A program made the position numbers and the translations under genes. 64,000 nucleotides of DNA, from NCBI GenBank assembly GCA_963663895.2, contig CAXXRD010000001.1, positions 256,001-320,000 of the forward strand, written 5' to 3'. Of the stretch, positions 50,812-60,433 are shown one piece after another. The stretch's first letter is position 1; each line of letters starts with the position of its first letter. The stretch comes from Dehalococcoidia bacterium. GTDB lineage: Bacteria; Chloroflexota; Dehalococcoidia; Bin125. The notes under the pieces were generated by a model that ran no database searches, was not told the origin of the DNA, and was given only the letters and a program-made list of their open reading frames with translations.

Positions 50812-51219
50812 ATGCCGGTCCGGCAGCCACGCCGGTCGTGGCGCTTCATGCTGGTTCCCGGCCTTGCATTACTGCTGGCGAGTAGCCTCGTGGCGTGCGG
50901 CGGCTCCGCGGGCGACGATCACCAACCAGCGGCCGCGGAGACTGAACCGCCGACAGCCTCAGCAGCCGAGCCGCCCACGCCCAAGCCAGCCCGTCCAGCG
51001 GCGGAGACCTCGCCTGCCGATCCCACCCCCACCGATGCGGATGCAACAATCATGACGCCGGACATGGAGTTGGGCACGGATGCTGTCGGCACGCTCGCAG
51101 CGGCGGGCACCAGTGCATGCTTGGGGACCGATAGGGGGATAATGGACGGCTACGCGGACATCGACAGCGAACCAACCTATATTGCACCGGGAGAGATATC
51201 CCATGCGACGGTGGCCTGA
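50812..51219 (+). pseudogene. N-terminal fragment of a lipoprotein paralog of 48624-50451
   Basis: MPVRQPRRSWRF..ALLLASSLVACGG nearly identical to the 48624 signal peptide; body missing. Confidence 0.65.
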
Positions 51220-52369
51220 GCGCATTCTTGTCTTCGGCTCGATGGTGGTCCTGACGCTGGCCGTGCTGGCCTGTGGAGGGGACGACGACGTCTTCAGGAT
51301 CGGGGTCATGGAATCGCTGACGGGCCCTGGCGAGACTTACGGCACGGTCGCGCATCAGGCCAAACAGATGGCCGCGGACGAGATCAACGCCGCGGGCGGC
51401 ATCAACGGGCGCAGGCTGGAGTTGGTCGTCGAGGACTCCCAATGCAACGCCCAAAGCGCGATCACCGCGTATAACAAGCTGACAGACGTGGAGGGCGTGA
51501 AGATCATCCTGGGAACGTCGTGCAGCGGCGCGATGCTCGGCGCCGCGCCGCTGGCAGAGGCCGACGGCGTGATCCTGTTCTCCGGACTGGCGAGCAGCCC
51601 CGACATCGCCAAGGCGGGTGACTACATCTTCCGCACCCAGATCAGCGACATCCACGTGGGCATCGCCACCGGTAATGTCCTCTGGGCCGACGGCATCCGC
51701 CAGCTGGCCACGATCACCGAGACGACCGACTACGCCGAGGGCGTCAGGCGCACCTCGGTCGCACAGTTCGAGAAGCGCGGAGGCACGGTGGTAGCCGCGG
51801 AGCGGTTCGGGTCCGAGAACATTGACTTCAGGAGCCAGCTCACGAAGCTGCTCGCCGCCGAGCCGGACGCACTGCACATCGCTCCCCAGTCCGAGTTCGC
51901 GGCGGGGACGATCGTCAAGCAGGCGCGGGAGCTAGGGTACCAGGGCCCGATCTACGCGGAGACGATATCCGTGGGCACGACCGCCCTCGATGTCGCGGGC
52001 CCGGCGGCGGACGGCATGAAGGCCATCACGGCCGACCTGGACCCCGCCAACGCGAAGGGGCAGGAGGTGCTGGCCAACTTCAGGAAGCGCTACGACTACG
52101 TCACGCTGCCGTGGCATCTGGGATCGGCGTACGACAACGTGTACATCGCGGCCGAGTGCCTCAAGCAGACCGGCGACGACCAGGACGCGGACGGCTTCCG
52201 GGACTGCATGTACGCCATCACCTGGAGCGGCGCGATCGGGGACCACTATCGCTTCGACTCCGACGGCGAGGTGGTGGGGCTGTCTCGGGTGGTCGTCGAG
52301 GTGCTGCCGGTCGCCGAGCGTACCGCGGAGCGAAAGTACAAGGTCCTCGGCCCCGCCCCCAAGCCGTAA
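51203..52369 (+). CDS. LivJ/LivK-like ABC substrate-binding lipoprotein
   Basis: Lipobox VLAC; SLTGP, EINAAGGINGR, ILG..CS, YIFRT, DFRSQL. Confidence 0.9.
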   Translation: MRRWPERILVFGSMVVLTLAVLACGGDDDVFRIGVMESLTGPGETYGTVAHQAKQMAADEINAAGGINGRRLELVVEDSQCNAQSAITAYNKLTDVEGVKIILGTSCSGAMLGAAPLAEADGVILFSGLASSPDIAKAGDYIFRTQISDIHVGIATGNVLWADGIRQLATITETTDYAEGVRRTSVAQFEKRGGTVVAAERFGSENIDFRSQLTKLLAAEPDALHIAPQSEFAAGTIVKQARELGYQGPIYAETISVGTTALDVAGPAADGMKAITADLDPANAKGQEVLANFRKRYDYVTLPWHLGSAYDNVYIAAECLKQTGDDQDADGFRDCMYAITWSGAIGDHYRFDSDGEVVGLSRVVVEVLPVAERTAERKYKVLGPAPKP

Positions 52370-52399
52370 CCGTTCATACTCTTGCCCGGCTTCCCGGAC

Positions 52400-52530
52400 G
52401 CTCCGTCCCAACCCCACCCGCGGTGGCCTGGACGCAGCCAGAGGCCGGCCCCCGATCCACATGGGTCCACGTCCGCACGGAGGACGGCGCCAAGGGCTGG
52501 GTCAGCCACGACGACCTGGAGCATGACTGA
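52400..52530 (+). pseudogene. C-terminal SH3b fragment of the same lipoprotein family
   Basis: AVAWTQPEAGPRSTWVHVRTEDGAKGWVSHDDLEHD* aligns with the end of 49039-50451; DNA repeat of 50327-50453. Confidence 0.8.
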
Positions 52531-52544
52531 GGCGCGGAGGTGGA

Positions 52545-53359
52545 GCCCTGCTCGCATCGACGGCGTTCAGCGCGCGCACCGTCACGCTCCGGTGGAAGCC
52601 CCGCGAAGCGAAGACGTAGTCGAGTTGGTTCTGGGCGGTCTCAGGAGTCCGGCGAGTAGTTGTAATACATGGGGACGTTGCGGGTATCCGGTGACAGGCC
52701 CCGTGGCGTGGGGCACGCCTGCCGGCCGCCATCCGGGCACCGAGGACCCAAGAGCTCCAGACCGAGCGCGGCCATCCGGTCCGTGACCGTGCGGTCCCGG
52801 GCCGGCAGCGCCAACGGATTATCATCGGTGGCGCCGTAGATCATGTTGAGGTCCCCGGCCGCCAGGATGCGGTGCGTGCTCGGATCGATGTCGCCGATGA
52901 AGGCCGACAGGTCCGAGAGGATCCGGTGCGCCGAGCCATCCGCATACCCCACGCGCCATTTGCTGCCGGCAAAGGAGTGCGGCTTGATCCAGCGCGCGTA
53001 CATGGACACCGCGATAAACGGCGGCGCGCTCTCGGAATCACGCGGGCGACGGCGATGGTGCCGATCCCGCTGACCGCGATCTCGTCTGCAGCCGTCTCGC
53101 TGATCGGGCCGACCTGCTTGAACCACTCGACTTCCACGCGGTCCGACAGCTTCACCACCATCGGCCCCCGATCGTACAAGCCTTCGCAGCGACTCTCGCG
53201 CCAGTGCTCCACGGGCCCAGCGTTGACTGCACCGGCCACGGCGGACGGCACTTGGCCCGTCGTCTCCTGGAGCAGCGCGACATCGGCATCCATCTGCACG
53301 AGCTGACGCCACGCCTCGTGTCGCTTGGCGATATTCCAGCTCACGACGGTGATCGTCAC
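52545..53359 (-). pseudogene. Endonuclease/exonuclease/phosphatase (EEP) family, frameshifted and 3'-truncated
   Basis: VSWNI, DVALLQE, AGDLN, QLDYVF in three frames; terminal SDH motif missing. Confidence 0.75.
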
Positions 53360-53472
53360 ATCGTTCTCCAGGGACTTCGCAGGCCACACGTACCTCCAGC
53401 AGGATCGGGTACTTGGGGTGGACTGCGGCCCCCTCATTGGAGGCAACGGGCAGCGCGTTACGTGGAAGCGAC

Positions 53473-54498
53473 CTATCCCTCTTCGATAACCAACATCCAC
53501 GTCCGCTTTAGCGGCAACTCGGCTTGAAGTTCCTTGTCTAGTCGGTCATAGGCTTCCTGGATTGCTCGGATGAGGTCGGTCTGGTCCCAGAGCCGTATCT
53601 CAAAGAACAGTTGCCTCGCTTCCTGTCTGACCGACTGTTTGTAGCCGCCCCAAGCGACGATCAGGCCATGCTCCGCCCGGTAGTTCTTCATGACACCCTG
53701 GAGTTCCCGGAGCACGGTCACGTCGATGCGGTCATCGCCTGACTTGACTTGGACGCAAAGATGCGGGGCAGCGAAGCCCATGGGACCCTGACCCGCCACG
53801 ATGTCGACGCCGCCGTCCACACCCGGCGGAGAGGTGCGGACGGTATAGCCCTGAGCTCGCAGCACACCAGCGACGAGGCGGGCAAGGTCGTGTCCCCGGA
53901 ACTTGCGACCAATAAAGTCGACGATCTGGTCTGTCGCTTGGGTGGCGAGGTCAATCGCGGCGTTCTCAATGCCGCTGTCGTCGTTATCCGGCGATGTCGA
54001 TATAGCAGGCGGAGGAAGCCTCTCGCCCTCCAGCATCGCCCGGATCCGCGCCTCCGCGTTGTTGCGCTTGACTTCGAACACCGTCATCGCGCCACCAAGG
54101 GAGAAACGGAGGTCGCTGTCAATCTTGCTGCGCGGGATGTCGGTGGCTAGCCAATCGACCGGGCGCTGATGCTTGGCATCGGAAGGCGCGTCCGGCTGGT
54201 ATCGGTATGGTCCGGTGACCCGGCCGAAGGCTACAGCGCCTTGCATCTTGAGTGGGAGGGCGACGATGTCGCCGACCTGGAAGCGCTTGCTGAAAGCCCA
54301 AAGCTGACTCTCCCAGTTCTTGACCGCATTCGGGTTCTCGTCGGAGTAGGTATCCAACATGGATGCCAGTAGCGCGTCGCGCGAGGTGAAGCTGCTAAGG
54401 TCTGGCAGATCATCCCACCCCACCACGACCACGTTATTGGAGAGCGCGTAGCTCTCGTTCTCGCCGTGCCGTCCCGCTCGCGCAACCCATAACGCCAT
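53473..54498 (-). CDS. Mrr-family restriction endonuclease
   Basis: N-terminal W.ARAG..GE domain; C-terminal PPG.DGGVDIVA...CVQVK..L.G...IRLWD Mrr_cat motif. Confidence 0.85.
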   Translation of the reverse strand: MALWVARAGRHGENESYALSNNVVVVGWDDLPDLSSFTSRDALLASMLDTYSDENPNAVKNWESQLWAFSKRFQVGDIVALPLKMQGAVAFGRVTGPYRYQPDAPSDAKHQRPVDWLATDIPRSKIDSDLRFSLGGAMTVFEVKRNNAEARIRAMLEGERLPPPAISTSPDNDDSGIENAAIDLATQATDQIVDFIGRKFRGHDLARLVAGVLRAQGYTVRTSPPGVDGGVDIVAGQGPMGFAAPHLCVQVKSGDDRIDVTVLRELQGVMKNYRAEHGLIVAWGGYKQSVRQEARQLFFEIRLWDQTDLIRAIQEAYDRLDKELQAELPLKRTWMLVIEEG

Positions 54499-54772
54499 GT
54501 GCCACCCCCTAGATCGGATACGAGCACTGGATCGGCGAGGCGTCAACCCGCGCGGGGATCACCACACATAGAGTCGACCCACCCAATCGTCGGGCCGCCT
54601 GGGCACGCGAGCCCCAGCCTCGCAGCCGGGCTCTTCCTGTGGGCGGCGGTTCGCCTACTGCCTGCTTCCTATCGTCGATCTGGAAAAGAGGACCCCTATC
54701 GCGTCCTGTCCTATGCGGGTGATTCTCGACGAACCACCTGGCGTCCTCTCGGAGTCCTTCGCGATCGGGACC

Positions 54773-55231
54773 TCACTCGCCCCGGCAGTACTGGACCTCG
54801 ATCGCCCGCAACTTCCCCAGCCGGCGCACGTGCCGCTCCTCGCCGCTGAACCGGGCCCCGAGCCATGCCCGCACGATCTCGGCCGCCAGCTCCGGTCCGA
54901 TCACCCGCGCTCCCAGGCAGAGCACGTTCACGTCGTCGTGCTCGACTCCCTGGCGCGCCGAGTAGGTGTCGTGACTCAGCCCCGCGCGCACGCCGGGGAT
55001 CTTGTTGGCCGCCACCGACGTCCCGATGCCGCTCCCGCACACCAGCAAGCCGCGCTCCGCCTCCCCGCGGGTGACCGCCTCCCCCACCGCCCGCGCGAAG
55101 TCGGGATAGTCGACCGGCTCCGGCCCGTCGCTCCCCAGATCGAGCGTCTCGTGTCCCTCGGCCTCCAGCAAGGCGAGGAGGTCCCGTTTCAAGGGAACGC
55201 CCGCGTGGTCCGCGCCGACGGCGATTCGCAC
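54773..55231 (-). CDS. rpiB: Ribose-5-phosphate isomerase B
   Basis: [38 protein letters not shown]. Confidence 0.95.
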   Translation of the reverse strand: MRIAVGADHAGVPLKRDLLALLEAEGHETLDLGSDGPEPVDYPDFARAVGEAVTRGEAERGLLVCGSGIGTSVAANKIPGVRAGLSHDTYSARQGVEHDDVNVLCLGARVIGPELAAEIVRAWLGARFSGEERHVRRLGKLRAIEVQYCRGE

Positions 55232-55280
55232 CGCTAGACCCTCCGCTACCCTCCCCGCATTCGCAACCGCGGCGTGGGCA

Positions 55281-55613
55281 CTACTCTGCGGTCTTCCGCT
55301 CCGTGATCGGCGTGTAGTAGCAGGCGAATAGGTCCTCTTGATCCAGCGCTCCGCTGATCACCATTCCCTCGGCCGCCGCCTCGATCGCCGCCTTCGTCGC
55401 GTCCAAGTCGTCGGACTCGACCTCGTAGATGCACAGGTAGCCGTACGGCGACTCCTGCGCGGGGTTCATCGGCGCTAGACGGAAGCGCTGGGCCGCCACG
55501 AACCCCGGCACCTGCAGCACATCGTCCAGGTGCCGGTTGCTGTACCAGTCGTTGTACTCGTCCTCGCGATCCGTCACCGGGTTGCTCAGCACGATGAAGT
55601 GATGCCGCGCCAT
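55281..55613 (-). CDS. Dimeric alpha/beta-barrel (EthD/DUF4286-like) protein
   Basis: EYNDWY...H..DVL.VPGF..AQRF, YL.IYE; GGAGG RBS. Confidence 0.8.
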   Translation of the reverse strand: MARHHFIVLSNPVTDREDEYNDWYSNRHLDDVLQVPGFVAAQRFRLAPMNPAQESPYGYLCIYEVESDDLDATKAAIEAAAEGMVISGALDQEDLFACYYTPITERKTAE

Positions 55614-55728
55614 CCCGCCGCCTCCTTCGCTCGCGTGCGCGTCAGGCGCACTCCCGGCCCGCTCCCGTCGAAGCGGCCCCAATACCCCGGCCAAGCACGC
55701 CGGCCACGGAACAGGGAAGGCGGGGCCG

Positions 55729-56196
55729 CTAGACCTCCGCCATCCGCTCTTGCACCCAGCCCTTCTCGTAGGTCGTGAAGAAGCCCAAGTGGATGCGGAC
55801 CGTGTCGCACAGCCAGCGCCCGTCCACTTTCTTGTAGGTGTCCTCGTACGTCGCCGCAAAGAAGGTCGCGTGCCCGTTGACCGTCGCCGGCATCCAGATG
55901 TACCAGGTGCCTTGCGCGTCGGTCCCGTTCGAATCCACGTCGATGATGTGCCCCAGGGTGTAGTGCAGTGCGAACGTGTAGCTGCCGGAGACCTCGGCGA
56001 AGAAGTCGTGGATCTCCTGCTTTCCCTTGAGATGGAAGCCCAGTTCGTCCGCGTCCCAGGTCGCGTTCTCCGTGAAGAGATTCGACAGGCCCACCGGCTC
56101 GTAGTCGTTGTCGCAGAGCTTGGCATAGACCTGCTTCAGCCGCCGGATCTCCTCGATGTCCTCCAGTCGCTGCACCCGTTCCTCAAGCGATGCCAT
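55729..56196 (-). CDS. SnoaL/NTF2-like protein (LinA/BaiE-like)
   Basis: RLEDIEEI..LK..Y...CD, LFTE.A.W, HY, GTWY, Y.D.Y.K.DG.W. Confidence 0.88.
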   Translation of the reverse strand: MASLEERVQRLEDIEEIRRLKQVYAKLCDNDYEPVGLSNLFTENATWDADELGFHLKGKQEIHDFFAEVSGSYTFALHYTLGHIIDVDSNGTDAQGTWYIWMPATVNGHATFFAATYEDTYKKVDGRWLCDTVRIHLGFFTTYEKGWVQERMAEV

Positions 56197-56320
56197 GGCC
56201 TCTCCTTCTCAAAACCAGCAATCCGTGGAGCCGCAGGCTAACACGCTCCGCCTTCCCGCAAAGACGCGCGCCGGTCGCCCCGCCGGGGGCAGGCCCGGCG
56301 CAGTTACACCCCAACGAAAC

Positions 56321-56803
56321 TCAGGCGTAATCGCGCTCGTCGACCCGGATCCGCTCCTCCACCCACCCTTTCTCATAGGTTGTGAAGAACCCGTAGTCGA
56401 TCCGCACCGACGCAAACAGCCAGCGGCCGTCCACCTTCTTGTACGTATCTGTGTACTGCGCCGCCGTCCAAGTCGCGTCGCCATGGATCGTGGCCGGCAT
56501 CCAGATATACCAAGTGCCCTGCGCATTCACCCCATCATCTGCCACGTCGATCAGGTGCCCCAGGATGTAGTGCAGCGCAAAGCTGTTGTCGTTGGACACC
56601 CCGGCGAAGAAATCGTGGATCCGCTGCCGCCCCGTCAGATGGAAGTGCAGCTCCATCGCGTCCCAGGTCGCGTCCTCCGTAAACAGCGAGGCGATCCCGT
56701 CCGGATCGTACCCGGCATCGCAGTAGCCCGCGTACTCCTGTTTCAACCGGCGGATCGCCTCAATGTCTTCCAGTCGCTGCACCCGCTGCTCGAGCGTCGC
56801 CAT
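56321..56803 (-). CDS. SnoaL/NTF2-like protein, tandem paralog
   Basis: Same motifs; closely similar to 55729-56196. Confidence 0.88.
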   Translation of the reverse strand: MATLEQRVQRLEDIEAIRRLKQEYAGYCDAGYDPDGIASLFTEDATWDAMELHFHLTGRQRIHDFFAGVSNDNSFALHYILGHLIDVADDGVNAQGTWYIWMPATIHGDATWTAAQYTDTYKKVDGRWLFASVRIDYGFFTTYEKGWVEERIRVDERDYA

Positions 56804-56991
56804 GTCGGCTCCTCACCCTTCCACAAGAGGCGGTGCGCCTCGTCTCGTCACGTCGCGTCCGGAGCGTCTCTCCTGTGGCTTCAGTAACGGCTTCAGTAAC
56901 GATCGCGCGCGACGCTGGGCCACCGTGGCCGCATCATAGGCACGGGCATCGGCGCCGTCGAATGCCGGCAGCCTCCAGCGGACCGTCCGAT

Positions 56992-57225
56992 CTACCGCCG
57001 CGAACGGCGCCCCGAAGCGCCGGGGTCGTCTCCGGCTCGAAACCCCTCACAGCGATGCACCGGCAGCGGCGGATACCTCCGAAAGCGCGCATCCGAGTCC
57101 GAGAGCCCGCACCGGACGAACCGCGACCCGCGCGCGCTTTCCACGACGCGCGTCCAAGCGCAACGCGCACACAAGCCCACCCGCACGCCATGCCCCGGCT
57201 CCACCAAGCGCGATCCCGCTTCCCT
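56992..57225 (-). CDS. Small four-Cys hypothetical protein (start uncertain)
   Basis: GLCARC...RGSRF.RC..S..D.RF.RYP.LPV..C.GF. Confidence 0.6.
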   Translation of the reverse strand, partial: REAGSRLVEPGHGVRVGLCARCAWTRVVESARGSRFVRCGLSDSDARFRRYPPLPVHRCEGFRAGDDPGASGRRSRR

Positions 57226-57326
57226 CGCGATCCCTGCGGCGCGCTTGCATCCTATCGCCCTATCGCCGCCGCAGATCAAACCGGGAGGAGGCCGCCGTGG
57301 TCGCATCCGAACGCGTCCGAATGACC
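57129..57326 (+). repeat. Diverged direct repeat, copy A
   Basis: Aligns with 59486-59675. Confidence 0.85.
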
Positions 57327-57632
57327 TCCTACAGCGTCGGCAAAGCCGCCGTCGCCACCCTGACCCGGGCGCTCGCTGTCGACCACGGGCGCGATGGCAT
57401 CCACGCCAACTGCATCATGCCCGGACCGGTCTATCCGTCCATGGTCTACTCGGGCGGCATGCCGGACGAGCTGTGCGAGCGGCGCTGCAATACCTCGTTG
57501 CTCAAGATCGAGGATGAAGGCTGGAACATCGGTTGGGCCACCGTCTTCCTGGCCCCCGATGAAGCGCGCGACGTGACCGGAGTGATTCCGGCGGTCGATG
57601 GTAGCGTGACTGTGCGCGGGCCCGACCGCTAG
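57297..57632 (+). pseudogene. C-terminal fragment of an SDR oxidoreductase fused to a crotonase start
   Basis: YSVGKAAV..LTR.LA.D.G..GI.AN.I.PG, FLA.DEA..VTG..VDG; no Rossmann N-terminus. Confidence 0.75.
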
Positions 57633-59136
57633 GGCTCGTTCGAGGCGATCACGAAGACCGCTGCTGCGCCAGCGTCCTCGCCGACCGCCGCATCCGCCAG
57701 CCACGAACCAATCACGACCTCGCCCGCGTTGAGATCGATCACCCAGCCGAACTCTGCCTTTTCGCCAGCCGTCGCCGGATCGACCGGCCCCAACACCCCA
57801 CGCTCAACCCAGGCCTCGTCGACGAGCTCGAAGACGTACGCCGCACCCGTGCGATAGAGACCGGTTTCCGGATCGGCACGGCCCGGCGATGCCACGACCA
57901 TTATGTTGCCATCGATCGCCGACGCGTAGCCGAACCAGTCATTGGCGGCGCCATCGGACGCCACCAGACGCGTGTCGTATTCCCAAGTGTCGTACAGGCG
58001 CCACAGGTACAGCACCCCGGCATCCCAGCCTTCCTGGTCGTGACCGTGAGCGCCCGCCGCGATCTTAGGCAGGTCCAGGGCGACCTGCGTGCCAAGCCCG
58101 TCACCCGCGCCGCCGTCCGGCGCGACGTACTTGCCCGTAAAGTTCCAGGCGAATTCGAACTGGTGGTAAACGTAGATGGCGCCGACGTCGGAATACTCTC
58201 CGTCGTATCCCGGCGCGCCAACCACCAGCGCGTTCTCCTGCAGATCAATGTCGCGCCCGAACTGGTGTGAGGGCTGCGGATCGGGGGGGACCACGCGTGC
58301 TTCGAGCCGCCACTGTCCCTTCGACTCGCGGTACACGTAGACAGCGCCGACTCTCTCTTCGTCCACGGTGTCACCCCAGGCGGCGATCGCGAGACGGTCG
58401 CCGTCGATCGCCACCGACCAGCCAAACGAGGCCCCCGGCAGCACCGGCTCCGGCAACAGCGTGGCCGTACGCCGCCACACGCCACCGATCACCTCGTACA
58501 CATAGGCGCTGCCGGCATCGACGACCAGGTCCTCGCTACCGACGAGTGCGACATCCTCATACGGAGCGCCAATCACGAGGCGGCCGTCATCCAGCGCGAG
58601 CCAGCGCCCAAACCAGCCCAGCCGCTCGCCATAGGGCGGCAGCAGCAGGGCCGTCTCCACCCACTCCCCGTCCTGCCGCTCAAAGACGAACACAGCGCCA
58701 GCGTTCTCCGCGACCGCATCATGGTACGGCGCGCCCACGGCGATGATGTCGCCATCGATCGCAGCCGACCAGCCATATTCATCGCCCATCGCCGATGCGC
58801 TCGGTAGCAGTGGCACGCCCGCGGCGAGAGCCTGCCGTGGGTCGGCTACGCGCGGCGGCGGCCCGCCGTAAGTGTTCTGCTGTGGCGGCGCCTGCGGATC
58901 CGTCTGTGTCGTCGTGGGTTCGCCTGCGTCCGCACCATAGCCAGCTTCAGCAACCGCGGCCGGCTCCTCCTGCTGCATCTGCGCCTGCGCAGGCGTGGGC
59001 TCGGGCTGGGCTGAACGCTGACTTGCGATGCCGGCTGTTCGGCGGTCTCCGCGTCCGGCGCGGCGTCATCGGAGCAGGCCAGCGCGGTCGCCGCCAGCAC
59101 GCAAACGAACGACCAGAACCAGCCGCGACTCCGCAT
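57629..59136 (-). CDS. FG-GAP-repeat beta-propeller lipoprotein (frameshift near 58990)
   Basis: Lipobox ALAC; seven FG.SVAIDGD..VGAP..AGAVYVF repeats. Confidence 0.85.
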
Positions 59137-59180
59137 CGCGGCGAGCGTAACGCCGTGTCTGCTTAGTCGCGAGCCGTCGC

Positions 59181-59476
59181 CTAGTCCTGAGAGCACGGCT
59201 CGCGCTTCTCGCGGAAGGCGGCCGGGGCTCGGCCGCCGCCGTCCCGCTCATGGTCATGCCGTCCATCGCCAAGGAGAATGGCCGCGCCAAGTTGGACATG
59301 AACTTGATCCACTCGTTGACCGGCACCTCAAAGGCTGAAATGGCGCTCAGCGATCCACGGGTGAGACGATCCGCCGGCGCTAGCGCGGTCGGCATCGCCT
59401 CGTCGTCCTCGACCACCGAGCGGACCAAGTCTATCGCCGCAGCACCGTTGGCCCGGATATGTTCGCCGGTCATCAC
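59181..59476 (-). pseudogene. C-terminal fragment of an enoyl-CoA hydratase
   Basis: MMTGEHI.A..A..I.LV..VV; terminal AFREKREP in a shifted frame. Confidence 0.6.
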
Positions 59477-59485
59477 GTGCTACTG

Positions 59486-59675
59486 CGCGCGCACGTTCCA
59501 CCACTCGCGTCCAAGCGCAACGCGCGCACAAGCTCACTCGCCCGCCATCTCCCGGCTCCCCAAGCGCGATCCCACTTCCCTCGCTATCCTTGCGGCGCGC
59601 TTGCATCCTATCGGCGCCGCGAACCACACCATGAGGGAGTCCGCCATGTCCGCATCCGAACGCGTCCGACTGACC
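59486..59675 (+). repeat. Diverged direct repeat, copy B
   Basis: Aligns with 57129-57326. Confidence 0.85.
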
Positions 59676-60422
59676 AGCGAGGACCGTGACGGCGGACGCA
59701 TCGTCACCATCACGATTGACTATCCCGAGCGTCTCAACGTCCTCAACACGCCCATCATCCAGGACCTCATCGACACGGTTCACCGGCTGAGCGCCGACGA
59801 GCAGATCCGCGCCATCGTCATCACCGGCGCGGGCGACCGCGCCTTCGTGGGCGGGGCCGACGCCTTCGAACTCGTCGAGCTCAACGCCCGCACGGCCGAG
59901 ACGTTCATCACCAGCTTCCATCGCTTCCTCGCCGCCTTGCGCGATTGCCCCATCCCCGTCATCGCTCGCATCGACGGCCACTGCCTCGGCGGCGGCATGG
60001 CCCTGGCCGCCGCCTGCGACCTCCGCGCCGCCAGCGACCGCTCCACCTTCGGCATGCCCGAGGTGCGCGTCGGTATCCCCTCCGTGATCGAGGCCGCCCT
60101 CCTCCCCGGCATCATCGGCTGGGGCCGCGCCCGCGAGCTTCTCTACACCGGCGACACCGTGGATGGCGCCACCGCCGCCGCTTGGGGCCTGATCGAACGG
60201 GTCGTGCCCGCGGATCAACTCGACGCCGCCGTGGACGGCTGGATCACCTCCATCCTCGCCTGCGGCCCCCGCGCCATTCGCGCCCAGAAAACGCTCATGC
60301 ACAAATGGGAGTCCCTCCCCCTCACCGCCGCTATCGCCGTCGGCATCCCCGTCTTCGCCGAGGCCTTCGCAACGGACGAGCCCCGCACCTACCTCAAGAG
60401 CTTCCTCAACCGCCCACGCTAG
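59646..60422 (+). CDS. Enoyl-CoA hydratase/isomerase
   Basis: AFVGGAD, PVIARIDG.CLGGG, FGMPEV.VG. Confidence 0.92.
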   Translation: MSASERVRLTSEDRDGGRIVTITIDYPERLNVLNTPIIQDLIDTVHRLSADEQIRAIVITGAGDRAFVGGADAFELVELNARTAETFITSFHRFLAALRDCPIPVIARIDGHCLGGGMALAAACDLRAASDRSTFGMPEVRVGIPSVIEAALLPGIIGWGRARELLYTGDTVDGATAAAWGLIERVVPADQLDAAVDGWITSILACGPRAIRAQKTLMHKWESLPLTAAIAVGIPVFAEAFATDEPRTYLKSFLNRPR

Positions 60423-60433
60423 GCGCCGCTCTC

